From Octopus sinensis (lineage: Eukaryota): a DNA stretch of 64,000 bases. Under the pieces are notes generated by a model. The model did no database searches. It was not told the DNA's origin and worked only from the letters and a program-made list of their open reading frames with translations. This document shows, piece after piece, positions 25,480 to 39,480 of this stretch. The translations under genes were made by a program, and so were the position numbers. Within the stretch, counting starts at the first letter, position 1. Each line of letters starts with the position of its first letter. The DNA lies in contig NC_043001.1 of the NCBI RefSeq assembly GCF_006345805.1, forward strand, positions 60,202,001-60,266,000. Direction: 5' to 3'.

Positions 25480-25982
25480 ATTATGCATTCACTAACGATT
25501 AAAAAGTGCATTTTCTGCACTAATTTGGAAATCATATGGTCTGCAACTGAATCTGTTTATAAAAGACTCGCTTCGAGAGTTGCATTCCCTCACGTTCAGT
25601 ATAATGTGTTTCTTATGGTAGCTTTGACTTTAAGAGTCCCACCATCCGTGCGGCATTTATATATAATAATGCCGTTTATATAAATAAATGTATTTAAAGC
25701 GAATAATTAATAAATGTTTCCCTTATGAGTTTTTTTCACGCTAACTACTTGATAATTTCTTATAAAGATTTAATCCTAATTTTTCATTGTGTATATATAT
25801 ATATATATATATAAATAAAGCACAGGCTTATAGTAATAGCAAACATGGGTGTGAGCTGTGCTCTATGGAAACATTAAATTTTAAGGATAACGTTAAAAAT
25901 AACCTGATTAATAATCGACTAGATCTTAGGATATCATGTATACATAGTGTCACCCGTACCTTTGAATGTTTTAGAAAGAAGT

Positions 25983-26045
<63 letters not shown>

Positions 26046-27180
26046 TTACAGACAAAACCACTATTTTGCAAAACAAACAAGGAAAGACTTAATCAATACA
26101 TAAAATTTTTTATATCTGTACCGATTTAAAACTCAGTAAATGAATTATATCAACTGATCAGACTGCATATAGTAGTAAGTACGATAAGTAATCCACATAA
26201 GGAAGGGAATGGATTTTGAAATATAAATTTTGATTTTACTTAACTGTCAATTATCATTTCAACTTAAGAAATTATTTTTAAAAATGGTGTTTAATAGAAT
26301 TCAATAATAATTTCAGAATGATGTAATCCAAAACACCATAATTAGAATAATAGTAAGCACAGGTAACCGAATGAATCTTCAGCTGCTTTCTTGTAATTAT
26401 ATTATATATATTTAAAAAAATTTTGTAGTGATAAAAAAAACCCACTTAGTCATCACTTGTAAGAGAGTATGGCTTGATAACATATACTATGATACTATGT
26501 TTTTGCTAATTGCTTTGGCTGCTCATTAAATCAAATCACAGCTATCTCAACAGAGAGAGAGAGGGCTGCCCCAGCACCTGGTTGGTACTCAGTGCAGCTG
26601 AAATAGAGAGGAGCAATGTGAACCCGTGGCCTGAATGCCTTAACAAGGCACACACCTTCACTATCTTGTGGTTCCAAAATGTTAATGCTCAAAGCTTTAG
26701 GTAGGCAGTATGTAGAACCAAGGATCAGAAACTTATCTTTTACTTTTTTCTACTTTTTATTAAAATTTTATGTATTGATTAAGTCTTTCCTTGTTTGTTT
26801 TGCAAAATAGTGGTTTTGTCTCTAATTAATATTATATAATATTTTACTATAAAATTGGATTTAATCCTAAATCTGATTTTTTCCCTGTAAATTTGGATTT
26901 ATTCCCTAATATTTATTATATATATATATAATTTAATGATATTCAGTAATTTAAGGCTTCTACACCTGAAATTATTATTGAATTCTATTAAACACCATTT
27001 TTAAAAATAATTTATTAAGTTGAAATGATAATTGACAGTTAAGTAAAATCAAAATTTATATTTCAAAATCCATTCCCTTCCTTATGTGGATTACTTATCG
27101 TACTTACTACTATATGCAGTCTGACCAGTTGATATAATTCATTTACTGAGTTTTAAATAGGTACAGATATAAAAATTTAT
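25480..27180. mobile_element. PLE composite: pLTR-like segment with decayed hammerhead, GIY-YIG C-terminal remnant, inverted permuted arms
   Basis: KAQAYSNSKHGCELCSMETLNF...LINNRLDLRISCIH (25810-25960) resembles the PLE C-terminal C-x-L-C...LLNKR.E...CRH motif. 26041-26316 is inverted relative to 26762-26830 and 26966-27180. Confidence 0.65.
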
Positions 27181-27475
27181 GGAGAAGATACCAGTTACTT
27201 TTTTAAGATTACATATATTAGCATACAATTATATATATTTTTAGTCTGGTATTAAATAGACATGACTGCATGAACGAAAACGTTATTAAAATATAACTAA
27301 GACAAAAAATCTATGTAATTCTAACGTCTTTTTTAGTTTTTATACCAGATACCAAGGAGTACAAATTTCACGATTGCGATTTTCTACTTACCCATTTTAA
27401 CATCTAGTCTCCGCTATTACATAAATCTGAATGAATTTGTTGAATTGTGTTTAATACGTTGAAACATATACTGTT

Positions 27476-27590
<115 letters not shown>

Positions 27591-27619
27591 TTATACATAT
27601 ACATGTATGTGTATGTATA

Positions 27620-28260
27620 GGGAGAGTTCACAAAAAAAACAAAAGAAGAAGACAGGTGATATAGACAACAAACAAATGTATTAGTTTAACACTCGGGAAG
27701 TGCAAAAGTCTTTAACGTTTCAAGCCAAAGCTCTTCCACAGAAAGGAACACAGAAGGAAACAGGCAGAGAAAATAAAGAATGTGTAGTAGGTAGCGATCT
27801 ATCATGGCGAATGCCAGAGGGGTCACACAGGAGGGCTAGAAAGAAGAGGAGATAATAGTAGTGCTGCTCCAAAAACGAAAGTGCGTATTCATATGAGAGC
27901 ATGTATGTGCATGTGGGAGAGGGCTGGTGACCCTGACGTTTGCGTGTGTGCATGTGTAGGTGTGTAGGTGATGGTGTGAAGTTGGGAAGTGGTCAGTGTT
28001 AGTGTGTGTGTGTAGTGGTATGATGTGATGTGGCGTTGTGTGCTATGGTGGTCTTGGCATGTGGGGGAGGTGAGAGTGGGGAAAGCAAGGGTGAGGGTGT
28101 TAGGCTGAGGGTGGGGGTAGCCGTGGGGTGTGTAGGAGTGAGTGTAAGGGATGGGTAGGGAAGGTGGGGTTGGATTTTATGGTGGTGGGGTTACGAGGGA
28201 GGGGTGATGATGGACAGAGAGAAGTGAGGAGGTGGATAGGAGGAAGTAGGTGAGAGAGGA
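27620..28260 (-). mobile_element. PLE 3' fragment with hammerhead-like motif (27710-27745)
   Basis: Homologous to 17988-18192; the minus-strand frame reads YEYALSFLEQHYYYLL...CDPSGI. Confidence 0.5.
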
Positions 28261-28361
28261 AGAAAAGAGAGTTGTTTGCATATATATAAATGTATATGTA
28301 TCTCTCTCTCTTTCTCTCTCTCTCTCTATATATATATGTGTGTGTGTGTGGGTGCGTGTGT

Positions 28362-28510
28362 ATTCCTTTATTCTTTATTTGCTTCAATCATTTGACTGCA
28401 GCCATGCTGGAGCATCACCTGTAGTTGAACAAATCAACCCTAGGACTTATTTTACCTGTGTCTTTTGCTGAACCGCTAAATTACGGGGATGTAAACACAC
28501 CAGCATCGGT
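28362..28510 (-). mobile_element. 3' half of CORE-type SINE
   Basis: Reverse complement of the 3' half of 45357-45774; truncated where the LINE begins. Confidence 0.75.
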
Positions 28511-31500
28511 GTATTACAAAACCTTACGGTCGTTTCGAGATATACGTTTGTATTGGAAAATGGATCAAAATCTGCAAGAAGCACTGTAAAAAATAATGTA
28601 AACCAACCACTGCTCCCACCATCGCTAAATTCGAGTGTATCTCCAAATTTAGCCGACCCAGTAGCGAAGACTGCGAAATACATCAAACTCTAAATATTTA
28701 AAAATTACAATTCGCAAAAAATTTTGCTACTTTCTCGAAATTTCATTGAGCAACATAATATTTCCAACAAGAGTGAGACAAAATCTTATGTTGCTGCAGA
28801 GCACATGGAATCACGTTATGTTAATTACAGGAATATTAATATTCTTATATACACAGCCGCTATTACTTTTAAAGAACACCTAGGAGAAATCTATAGTGAA
28901 CCAAGTAACGAAATTACTAAACGGAAACAATCTAGGTGGAAAACAAAACCTGAAGAAAACATCAATAACGTGCGCCGCCAAATTGGATGGTTAACTACAA
29001 CAATAAAATAAACGGAGAAGAATGAGTTTACACCTCACCAAATCTACCTTAGATAAAAATTAATGAAACTTCATGGAAACTCTTCACATGGTGCTCTTGA
29101 GGGAAAGCTAATCACTTTGAAACGTGAACTCAGGACTATCAGCAAGAAGCTCTGCTATCGCATGCGAATTTTTGAGCGAGCCAGTATCAATTGCAAGCTT
29201 GCTTCCAACCCACAAGCATTATATAGAGAAATGAAGAAGGAAAATATTGCCATTAAAAAAAACCTCCCTCCCAAGATCTACAATCATTCTAGTCAAAAAT
29301 CTGGAACGAAAAGAGGGATTTCAATTTGAATGCATCATGGTTAAATACAGTTGAGAGAGAATACTATATGAACACTAACAGTAAAACATACAAAATTGAT
29401 GGAGAATCCTTCGCTATAGCAGTAGGGAAACTGCAGAGTGGGAAGGAACTTGGAAGGGACATAATAATTGGATATTGGTCCAAGAAGCTGACATTTATAG
29501 AAACCAGTTGATATGTATATTCAAAAGGTCGATGGAAGGTCAGAGTGATATGCCAAACTGGCTTGCTACGAAATCACCGAAATGACAAGAAGCTACAGGT
29601 CCATTCCTTGCCTAATCATTATGTACAATCTGTACACGAGTTGACCATTGTGAATCGAACAACATTGTGACTGACGAACAGGCTGGTTTAAGGAAGGGAG
29701 TGTAGAGTTGTCCCGAACAACTTTTAATAAAAAAAGGCTGTACTGTCTGCAGTAAGAAAAGAACGCAGAAATCTTGTGGCTTGACTATAAGAAGGCATTC
29801 GACTCTATCCCTCATTCATGGCTGTTGAAGTGCCTACATATAGCAAAGATATCTACTACATTAGTTGCTGCTATAGAGAGACTCACAAAGACATAGACAA
29901 CAAATCTTACTCTTACAACTAAGAACAGAATGATTGTTTGTAATAGTATAGGCATTACAAAAGGAATATTCCAAGAAACTAGTCTTTCTGTGCTTCTTTT
30001 CATTTTGGCACTGATAGTTTGTAGTATCATAATGCATTAAAAGATGAGTAAGATTCATCTTGATTGTGATGGAAACGTTACGTAGGGAAAAAGAATATAA
30101 ATTACAGCATAATAAAAAATTGGATATACTTTTCTCTCTATTTTTCTTTAACTGAATCATTAGTATTTCTCGTCTATCGAAAAAACATACTGTCTCTTTT
30201 GAGACAACTTGAATTTCAGGTGTGAGATTGTACGAAGATTAGTTAAACGAACCTAAGCAGGAAACAAATGGTTATATGCTAGGATCTTCAACTGCCGGAA
30301 ATATCAATGTGACTCATAATTTCTTTGTAAATGACCTGAAGATTTATGCTAAAAGTGTTAACAATGCCAAAATACAACTGGAATTAATAATAACATTTCA
30401 TCTGATATAGGCATGGAATTTGGCCAGAAAAAATGTTTTTATTTTAGTTATAGAACGAGAAACGTCAATCCCCCAAATCTAAAACCTGTACCTCAACGGT
30501 CACTCTATCTCCTCAATTTCACACAAAGTGTGTTACAAGTACCTAGTTATAGACGAAAATGTATCAAAATGAAAGCACAGTGAGTAAAGATAGAGTGACT
30601 CGAAAATATTTCACCAGACTTAAGAAAATATGTTAGACGCAACTCTCTTTTTACAACAAAGCAATATCCCACAATGTATTTTCAGTACCAGTGCTGATCC
30701 CAACATTCGGGATACTTGATTGGTCTGTAGGGGAAATCCACTCCATAGATATCAAAACCCGCAAAATCCTAACAGCAGCTGGGAGCTTCCACAGAAACTG
30801 ATGATGACAGGCTCTACCTGAGCAGAAATGAAGGTGGTAGAGGCCTGAAATCAGTACAGACGGCCTTCGAATGACGTATGATATCACTCAGGCAGCACCC
30901 GCTAAACAACAGAAGACAAAATATATATATTAATGCAGCCCAGAAAAGTGGAGCGAGAAACATTGCACGAGTTGGCAGTACACTTCTCAAGATGATCTAT
31001 ACAGCCCCAAAATAGCTGGGCTTTCTTACCTTAGAGAAGATGAAGATGAAAAGAACTCAGCATACAAAAAAATAAGACCATACATAGGTATGTTGCCCGG
31101 AAGCTTGAAGAAGACAGTGGAATTGACACGAAGTGCAGCCTCTCTTGGACACAAGACCACTACATCACATTACAATTTGAAGGCTATGCGATTACAATCC
31201 AGGAACAGGAGATTGCCATAAAGTACTTGGTGAACAAGTGCGACAATGATGCTCTTGTAATCTCAAGGTGCAACCGCATGTGTAGGCTAGGTCATTTTTG
31301 TGTGGAAGACATTATGCTTGTGATTAGCAGCTCTCTTAAAATGCCGTAACGATATTACCTCCCTATGCGGGACGATGTTGTTGCTAAAGTAATTTACAGT
31401 GCCATCCGCAAAAAAGATTGTCCTGAAATAAACTTAGGAAATCCCTCTGCTATAGAATACATTCATAAACACCATCTCAACGAATACTGGTGGAATATTC

Positions 31501-31950
31501 CCATCAAAACTTTTGTCAAATGTAAGCATAGCAAGCCGGATATTGTTGTTTGAGGCAGAGGGTCAAAGGTATGTATCATCATGAAGGTCACCTGCTTTGC
31601 AGATATAAATATATCTTTGAAAATTAAAGAAAAAGAGGACATCAATAGAAAACTGCTTTGAAACCTCCATCTTCTAAACCGAGATTATGAATTAATATTC
31701 ATACCAATAATAATTGGAGCACTAGGTTTTGTTAGTGAATACTTAAATGAGAATCTGGATAAACTGGGATTTTCAGAAAGAGAAATTGACAGGCTTATTC
31801 ATACATTCCAAGTCCAGTCTCTGTGAATGGAACAGTAAAAATATGGAAGACTTTTCTCAAGTTTTAAAGGTGAATTCGTCTGTGTTAACTACATCCCAAA
31901 GATGGAGCTTTGTATTTTGTATTTTCAGTGGAAAATTTATGATAATTAAA
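28511..31950 (+). mobile_element. Decayed R4/Dong-like non-LTR retrotransposon (RT plus RLE endonuclease)
   Basis: GCPEQLLIK, DYKKAFDSIPHSW, GITKGIFQETSLSVLLFILAL, FVNDLKIY (YMDD-equivalent), C-terminal CRLGHF..ED region, RDDVVAKVIY and KHSKPDIVV (PD-type RLE). Confidence 0.85.
30011..30253 (+). repeat. 243-bp direct repeat, copy 2, inserted in the LINE RT domain
   Basis: Interrupts the RT between ...FILAL and KQETNGY. Confidence 0.95.
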
Positions 31951-31974
31951 AAATAGAAGAGACATTCATACATA

Positions 31975-32600
31975 CAGCTGCGTGACCATTAAATATCAGT
32001 GTAATATATCTTGACTTCTCAAAAGATTTTGATAAGTAGATTATGGCGTGATATATCACAAATTGTGAGACTTTGATTTTGCTTTTAAGTTGCGCGAGTT
32101 CCTGCATCTGTTCCTGAAAGACAGACGTCAAGTAGTTGCAGTCAATGGTGCCCTTTGTGAAGAAGCTCAAATACTAAGTGGTGACACCCAGGGAAGTGTC
32201 TTCGAAACCTTACTATTCATAACAGTTCTCTTAGACTAGCTCATGGTCCCTCAGACAGCCCGTGTACTATGCAAATACTAGAACACGACACCGTTATACT
32301 GTACGAAAGGCATCGTCCACTCTGTTTAAATTCAGGACTGGGTACTGAAAAACGTTAGTGTTTAAAGGCCCACTGACCTTCAATGCCCTACCACAAAAAG
32401 TTAAAAGAGCTACACAATGTGGACGTAGATGTCTTCAAACAGGAGCTAAACATTCTCATCTCCACAATACCGGGTGAACCGACAGCTCAATATGAAGTTC
32501 AGAGGAAAGTAGCGGAGTCAAATTGGCCAACAGCCGGAACTAAGGCACATGCACGTGCGCGGATTTGAATCCCAACCACCCTCAGGAAAACAACAGTAGG
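31975..32600 (+). mobile_element. Heavily deleted CR1/L2/Jockey-group LINE remnant
   Basis: VIYLDFSKDFDK, GDTQGSVFETLLFI and C-terminal NALP..LKELHNVDVDVFKQELNILISTIPGEP. A SINE tail follows at ~32626-32685. Confidence 0.65.
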
Positions 32601-33003
32601 AGAATTATAAATAACTGTGCAAGATCACGGCGGTGCTCTAGCAAGACGCAGCCTCAAGGCTGAAACGAATAAAAGATAAAAGATTATATATATATATATA
32701 TATATATATATACAACACTTGTATGTTTGCGGCTGTGGAATGTATAGAATTTAAGCACAACCTTCCACGCTTCGGAGAACACTGGTGCAGTGGATAGGAG
32801 AAACTTGAAACTTGTACATAAGCTATATGTAGAGCCTTCTGGAATCAAACTTGCTCAATCCTACCCACCTTGGTCAAGATACAGTAGTCCTATACATTTA
32901 GGTATGTGTGCTTCAATATTTTATGCTGTGCATATGTGCGTGTGTGTTGGTACCTCTAAATATTCGTATTATCTGTTCTCTTTCAGGATGCATATATACC
33001 TGT

Positions 33004-33017
33004 ATATATATATATAT

Positions 33018-33054
<37 letters not shown>

Positions 33055-33087
33055 TATATATATATATATATACATACATACATATAT

Positions 33088-33132
<45 letters not shown>

Positions 33133-33152
33133 GTATATATATATATACATAC

Positions 33153-33223
<71 letters not shown>

Positions 33224-33429
33224 GTGTATACGCTCATATACACATGACTACATATATACATAAATACACCCTCCTGTCTGTCAAACACATGTACACCTGC
33301 AGATATATAAACGTATATGTATACATATATGTATGCAGGAAGGAGACAAGTACAAAAGGTAGAGTTTTGCACTTGTATATATACAATCATGCATACACAT
33401 ACATGTATGCACGCACATACACATTACAT

Positions 33430-33476
<47 letters not shown>

Positions 33477-33511
33477 TATATATTATATATATATAATATT
33501 ATATATATATA

Positions 33512-33577
<66 letters not shown>
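33004..33577. repeat. Compound (TA)n-rich low-complexity block
   Basis: Direct reading. Confidence 0.9.
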
Positions 33578-33578
<1 letters not shown>

Positions 33579-34842
33579 GGGCGTTCAATAAGTAATGCCC
33601 CTGACCCACTTCCCATAGCAGTAGAGCAACGAAACTTGGCACAGTTTTTAGTCTTTTTCTACATAGGAACCACCCAGAGTTATGCATTTCTCCCATCGTT
33701 TGATGCGGCTCTGGAGACTGTTTTTGTAGAAGAACCCAGCATGGTCCTCCAACCTCAACGTGACTTCAGAAATCAAGGCTGCATCATCTGGGAAACGCTT
33801 TCCTTTCAAAAACAACTTCATGAGTGGGAAGAGGTGAAAATCAGAGGGTGCAAGGTCAGGAATGTAGGGGGATGGTGAGGAGTTCATAGCCATACGCCTG
33901 TGCTTCTGATCTGGCGACAAGCGAGTTGTGGACCGGAGCGTTGTCCTGCAGGAGGAGGATGCCTTTGCTGATCTTGCCCCGCCTCTTGATTTTGATAACT
34001 TCTCTTAATTTCCTCAAAAGTGAAGCATAATAGTCTCCTGCAATTGTGGTACCCTTTGCCAGGAAATCTGTTATCACTACTCCGTCCTGGTCCCAGAAGA
34101 CTGTGAGCATGACCTTGCCAGCGGAGGGCTGCACCCTTGCCTTCTTTGGAGGGGGTGAGTCACGGTGCTTCCACTGCATTGACTGGGCTTTGGTCTCTGG
34201 ATCATCGTGATGGACCCAGGTTTCATCCTGTGTAATCAGTCTTTTGAAAAATTTTGACTCATCTTCTTGGCACATCTCCAAATTCATCCTCGAGCACTCG
34301 ACGCGTTCTTGCTTCTGGAAAGGCGTGAGCAGCCTGGGAATCCATCTGGCAGACACCTTTTGCATATGCAAATGGTCATGAATGATAGTTTCCACAGACC
34401 CGGTACTAATCTTGACCTTATGGGCTATTTCGCGAATAATTATGCGTTGATCTTCCAAAATTGCAGCCTCAACTTGACGGATAGATGCCTCATCAATGGC
34501 AGAAGGGGGCGACCAGAGTTCCGACCAGGTTTGAATTCACGATGCCAACGTTTTACAAGGTCATATGATGGGGCATCATCACCATAAGTTACTTTCATTT
34601 CACCAAAAGTCTCCCGTGGTGTGCGTCCTTTCAAATACAAAAACCGGATCACTGCTCGACACTCAACAGGCTCCATTTCACACATGACTCGGTTCAAACA
34701 CCTGTAAATCAGAAACCACAATTAATTCAGAGCTGTAATTTACCACTTACTCTATACAGATATAAATAATTGCACATGCAAAATTTCAGCTAGATCAAAC
34801 AACTGCAAGTGAGTCAGAGGCATTACATATTGAACGTCCCTC

Positions 34843-34843
<1 letters not shown>
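33578..34843 (-). mobile_element. Near-full-length mariner (DD34D) transposon inserted in (TA)n
   Basis: TIRs AGGGCGTTCAATAAGTAATGCCCCTGACCCAC (33578-33609) and GTGAGTCAGAGGCATTACATATTGAACGTCCCTCG (34809-34843); TA on both flanks. Confidence 0.92.
33648..34676 (-). pseudogene. Mariner transposase with two frameshifts
   Basis: MEPVECRAVIRFL HTH start, WIPRLLT, TQDETWV, LQDNAPVH and PDLAPSDFHLF spread over three overlapping ORFs. Confidence 0.9.
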
Positions 34844-34925
<82 letters not shown>

Positions 34926-35963
34926 GTGTGTACGCTCATATACGCATCACAACACGCACACGCACATACATACGCGGATATACACAACGTAGTCTATTCG
35001 CACTTAGCAAATATCGTCCCTTGTGTGGACATGACAGCAAAAGTTCAGTTTTTGGGTCATGTCCACACATGGCAAAATATTTGCTATGTTTTTGGACCCC
35101 CCCCCCACAAGATCACAGATAGAACTTACTTTTTGTATTAGGTTATTATGTCCACGTAAAGCCTTTCATATCTTAAAATCTTTTATATATTTCTTATATA
35201 TATATTTTATTACTTTATATGATTTTTCTGTATATTACTTTTTACCCTTTATAATTATGTAACTTATGCGCGTGTACTATAAACGTAATGTGTATGTGCG
35301 TGCATATATGCATGTGTATGCATGATTGTATATATACAAGTGCAAAACTCTACCTGTTGTACTTGTCTCCTTCCTTCATACATATATGTATGTATATATG
35401 TTTATATATCTGCAGGTGTAGACGTGTTTCACAGACAGGAGGGTGTATTTATGTATAAACATACATAACTCATTTGTATATTCAAGTTTTGCGGCGAATG
35501 TGAATTTTTTACGGTTCATGTTTTTTGCGTACGTTTTGTATATCCGCGTATCTATGCGTGTATGCGTGTGTATGTGCGTATATGCGTAGACATATATATG
35601 TATATATGTGTGTTTGTATGTATATGTAGACGCGTGTGTATGTATATATATATAAATATATATATATTTATATATACATGTGTATGAGTAAGTGTATGTG
35701 TGTCTGTATATATGTGCATATGCGGATTCTATGAATAAAGTACTACTTTCTCCATGCCTATTGGAGTTATTTCCCTTTATTCAACGGATATTTTTCTATA
35801 GCGTTTGTCTTATTAACCGATGAGATACCGGAGCAAACTTCAGCCCCGATATCCAAAACTTTGAGTTTTATTATGACAACCAACTAATTGTCACATATTA
35901 TTATTATATATAAATACCTCTATTTTATATGATATCGAGGTCTCATTCATTCTTTTGTTGTCA

Positions 35964-36021
<58 letters not shown>

Positions 36022-37926
36022 GATATGTGTATGTATACGCATATGTAAACACCCACAGACACAGACGCATACACACATTTATATACATACATATACACGT
36101 ATGCATATGCATACGCTCTGTATTAATAATTTCCTGTTTGCAGAAATAAACATTCTCTCAATTGCCGTAAACATGATTATCACTTTATCGTATATATGAA
36201 AGTGCTCACTTTATGTGTAGAACAGAGCATTGTATTAGAATAATAATATAGTAATGACCAGGAAATTGACAACAGTAATGAATGCTTAAAACAAACAAAT
36301 TACAACGACAAGTATAATAGATATTGCTTAACACAACACTAGCTTTGATTTTTATACTTTACATTAAGTACATTTTACAAAGAATTTGTCATAACTTTGG
36401 CTTTAGAGGTCTCTGAAGGAGAGAAAACATTGTTTTATGTAGTAAATAAGAATAATATAATTTACCCTCTTTTGTTTTCTTTGGATTTCCGCCTGAATAA
36501 ATCGTCCTCATTTACTGAGATATATTCTGCATTTACTATGTTTTGTGATTGAATTAATTCGATTCTTGTTGCTTATTTTAGTGAATTCACATGAGAACTA
36601 AACTGCGAAAATATTCACATGACAATAGTCACAGAGTATTTCTCTGCCAGTTAAAGACCTATTTATGTATTTATCGATTAATGATTGAATTATTTATATA
36701 ACAGTTGGCTTTGTTAGAGAAAGCGCACGTTAGGTAGGTCATCAGGACTTGATTTCATGTCCTACATAATGTATCATTGGAAGAGCCTCGAGAATTGAAC
36801 TCATTCTTCATAACAAATCTACCGTAAAGCGTTGTCACAATACCAAATAGCAATATATACTTCATTGTATTCATTGTAATCCACTCATTTCTTGAGTTGA
36901 TACAGGATATATAATGAAATATTTATTTGAAAATATACGCACAATCGTTTATTACAAATCTACTCATTTGTATGTCAAAAATAGTTAGTAATGGGCTACT
37001 GAATGCAAATGAAATTCATGAAAGCTGGATCGAGAAAGATTGTTTCAACTCCTGGTAGATTAGAAATACAATCCTGATTAATTAATGTAAATCACTTGCG
37101 TATTGAATAACCTAAATTGTAAATTTTAAAAATACATGTAACAAGAGTTTCACTACAAAAGTAAATATGACAACATACATAAGCAGCACATAACTAAGTT
37201 ATTTAGCTACTCTTAAAAAGAGTATAAATGCTGACAAATACAGAATTTCATAAAATGTTTTGAAATCCAATCAAAATATAATATCAAATTAATATAATGA
37301 AACTTTTAAATAACGGAGACTATAACAAAATGGTAGTTGAGTTAGTATTAACATTAAAAATGAGAATAAAGTTTCAGATATTTAAGTACTATTACCGAGA
37401 TTTATGCAATGTTATCTAAGTTTTGTTAGTTATAAAAGAAAAGCTGATATAGGGCATCTAATAAAATGTGCTTAAAATTAATTGTTATTAAATTCAAATT
37501 AATAGATAAGGAATTATTTAATTATGTTATAACAGAAACATACACGTTACTTTTAATTACATCATGGAGTAACCAACATGATCAAATTGCATATCACAAT
37601 ACAAAAGTTAAAATTAACACATCTTTGCTCATAAATATGAGACTTAATATAGTTATTTTAAGTTTAGATATTAGGTGTCAAAACGATATTAGAGACAAGC
37701 AACAATTAACAATTGAGGTTTAATGGTTTATTTCATGTCTGTATTTGACATGTTAACATCCATACAGTGGCAATAACCATGTTCAGTATTTCGGTATGGT
37801 GCGTAAAAGACAATATTTACCTAATAATTAGATTTCTATATTTTTCCCAATTTTTTATCTGCTTGCCGCATAGGTTATTTTGAAAACAGTTAAACTTGCC
37901 TTAGATATGCTAATGTCTTGAAGCAC

Positions 37927-38105
37927 ATACATACATACATACATGCATACATACATACATACATACATACATACATACATACATACATACATACATACAT
38001 ACATACATACAGACTTGCATGCATGAATACATACATACATACAGACTTGCATGCATGAATACATACATACATACATACAGACATACATACATACAGACAG
38101 ACAGA
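37927..38105. repeat. (CATA)n tetranucleotide repeat with a small internal tandem duplication
   Basis: Direct reading. Confidence 0.9.
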
Positions 38106-38109
38106 CATT

Positions 38110-38980
38110 CTTTGATAACGTAGAATACAAGCCCAAAGTAGTCACACGTCTCTACTGCAACGTATAATCAGATGAATGGATGAGCCTTTATGAGTAGAAG
38201 ACTATGCAAGTATATGTTAGTAGAAGGTTCCGAGATAATAGAAATGTCGATCATCAAAGCAGTTTATCATGGACCATTAGCCGAATTACTACCGCCCACT
38301 TCGAAGGGTATGCGTTTGCAACCCTGGAATAGGAAATATCAACGAAGTAACTGATGCACAAAAGGGATAGATACGCAGTAAAAGCAATAAAATGTGGCAA
38401 CGCCTCCAGATGTTGAGGAGATAACACCGAAGATATCACGCACATCAGAAGTAGTTGTCCGAAAATATAATCATGGTATCATCTACCGATGAGATATTAT
38501 GTTGTAGCTAGGACACTCTATAATGAAATCCATCGGAAGGTTGACACCGCGGAAAAAAGGAATAAGAACCCACAGTATAGTAGAAGCCATAAGCACTCAT
38601 AATAAAAAGGAGTGTTAGTGGAATGTCCCAATGAAGACTTCAATAAAATCTAAGCACATCAGACATGATATAATGATTTGGGATACAGAAGAGAAACTGT
38701 GCACAGTTGTGGAAATTAGCTACCCAGCGGACGTTAACATAACGCTGAATCTCAGTGAAAAAGAATACCTACTTGAGAAATCTGCAGTTACTCTATCCAG
38801 ATTACAAGTTCAGGTTTAAAGCTGGGGCCCTGGGATATGCAACACACTGCTTAAATATTAATCTTGGGAAATTAGGATTCCCAAAACCTGAAAGGGGAAA
38901 GCTACATGGAAGACTACAGATCAAATCCATCACTGGAACTGTAAAAATGTGTAAAACATTCCAGAAGTTTATCATTTAAA
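38110..38980 (+). mobile_element. 5'-truncated R4/Dong-like LINE (3' end)
   Basis: HFEGYAF, zinc-knuckle remnant EDITHIRSSCP, and RLE KHIRHDIMIWD...VVEISYPADVNI. Same subfamily as 28511-31950. Confidence 0.75.
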
Positions 38981-39079
38981 TATATATGAGCATGTCTAGA
39001 TATGTAATTATATAGAGGAGAATACATAAATAAAGCAAAACATGCAAATCTGCGCATATACATAAATACATGCATACAT

Positions 39080-39480
39080 ATAGCTGTGTGGTAAGTACCT
39101 TGCTTACCAACGACATGGTTTTGGCTTCAGTCTTACTTTGTGGCACCTTGTGAAAATGTCTTCTGCTATAGCCTCGAACCAACCAAGGCCTGTGAGTGGA
39201 TTTGGTAGACGGAAACTGATAGAATCCCGCCGTCTGTCTGTCTGTCTGTCTGTCTCTCTTTCTCTCTCTCTCTCTATATATATATATATGTGTGTGTGTT
39301 TGTGTCCGTCTGTTTCCCCCCACTATCACTTGAAATCCGATGTTGTTGTATCTATGTCACCGTAACTTAGCGGGTCAGCAAAAGAGCCCGATAGAATAAG
39401 TACTAGGCTTACAAATAATAATTTCAGGGGTAGATTTGTTTGACTATTAGACTGAAACTAATAAAAGAATAAAAGAATAA
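39080..39480 (+). mobile_element. CORE-type tRNA SINE, decayed
   Basis: Collinear with 45357-45774. Confidence 0.85.
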
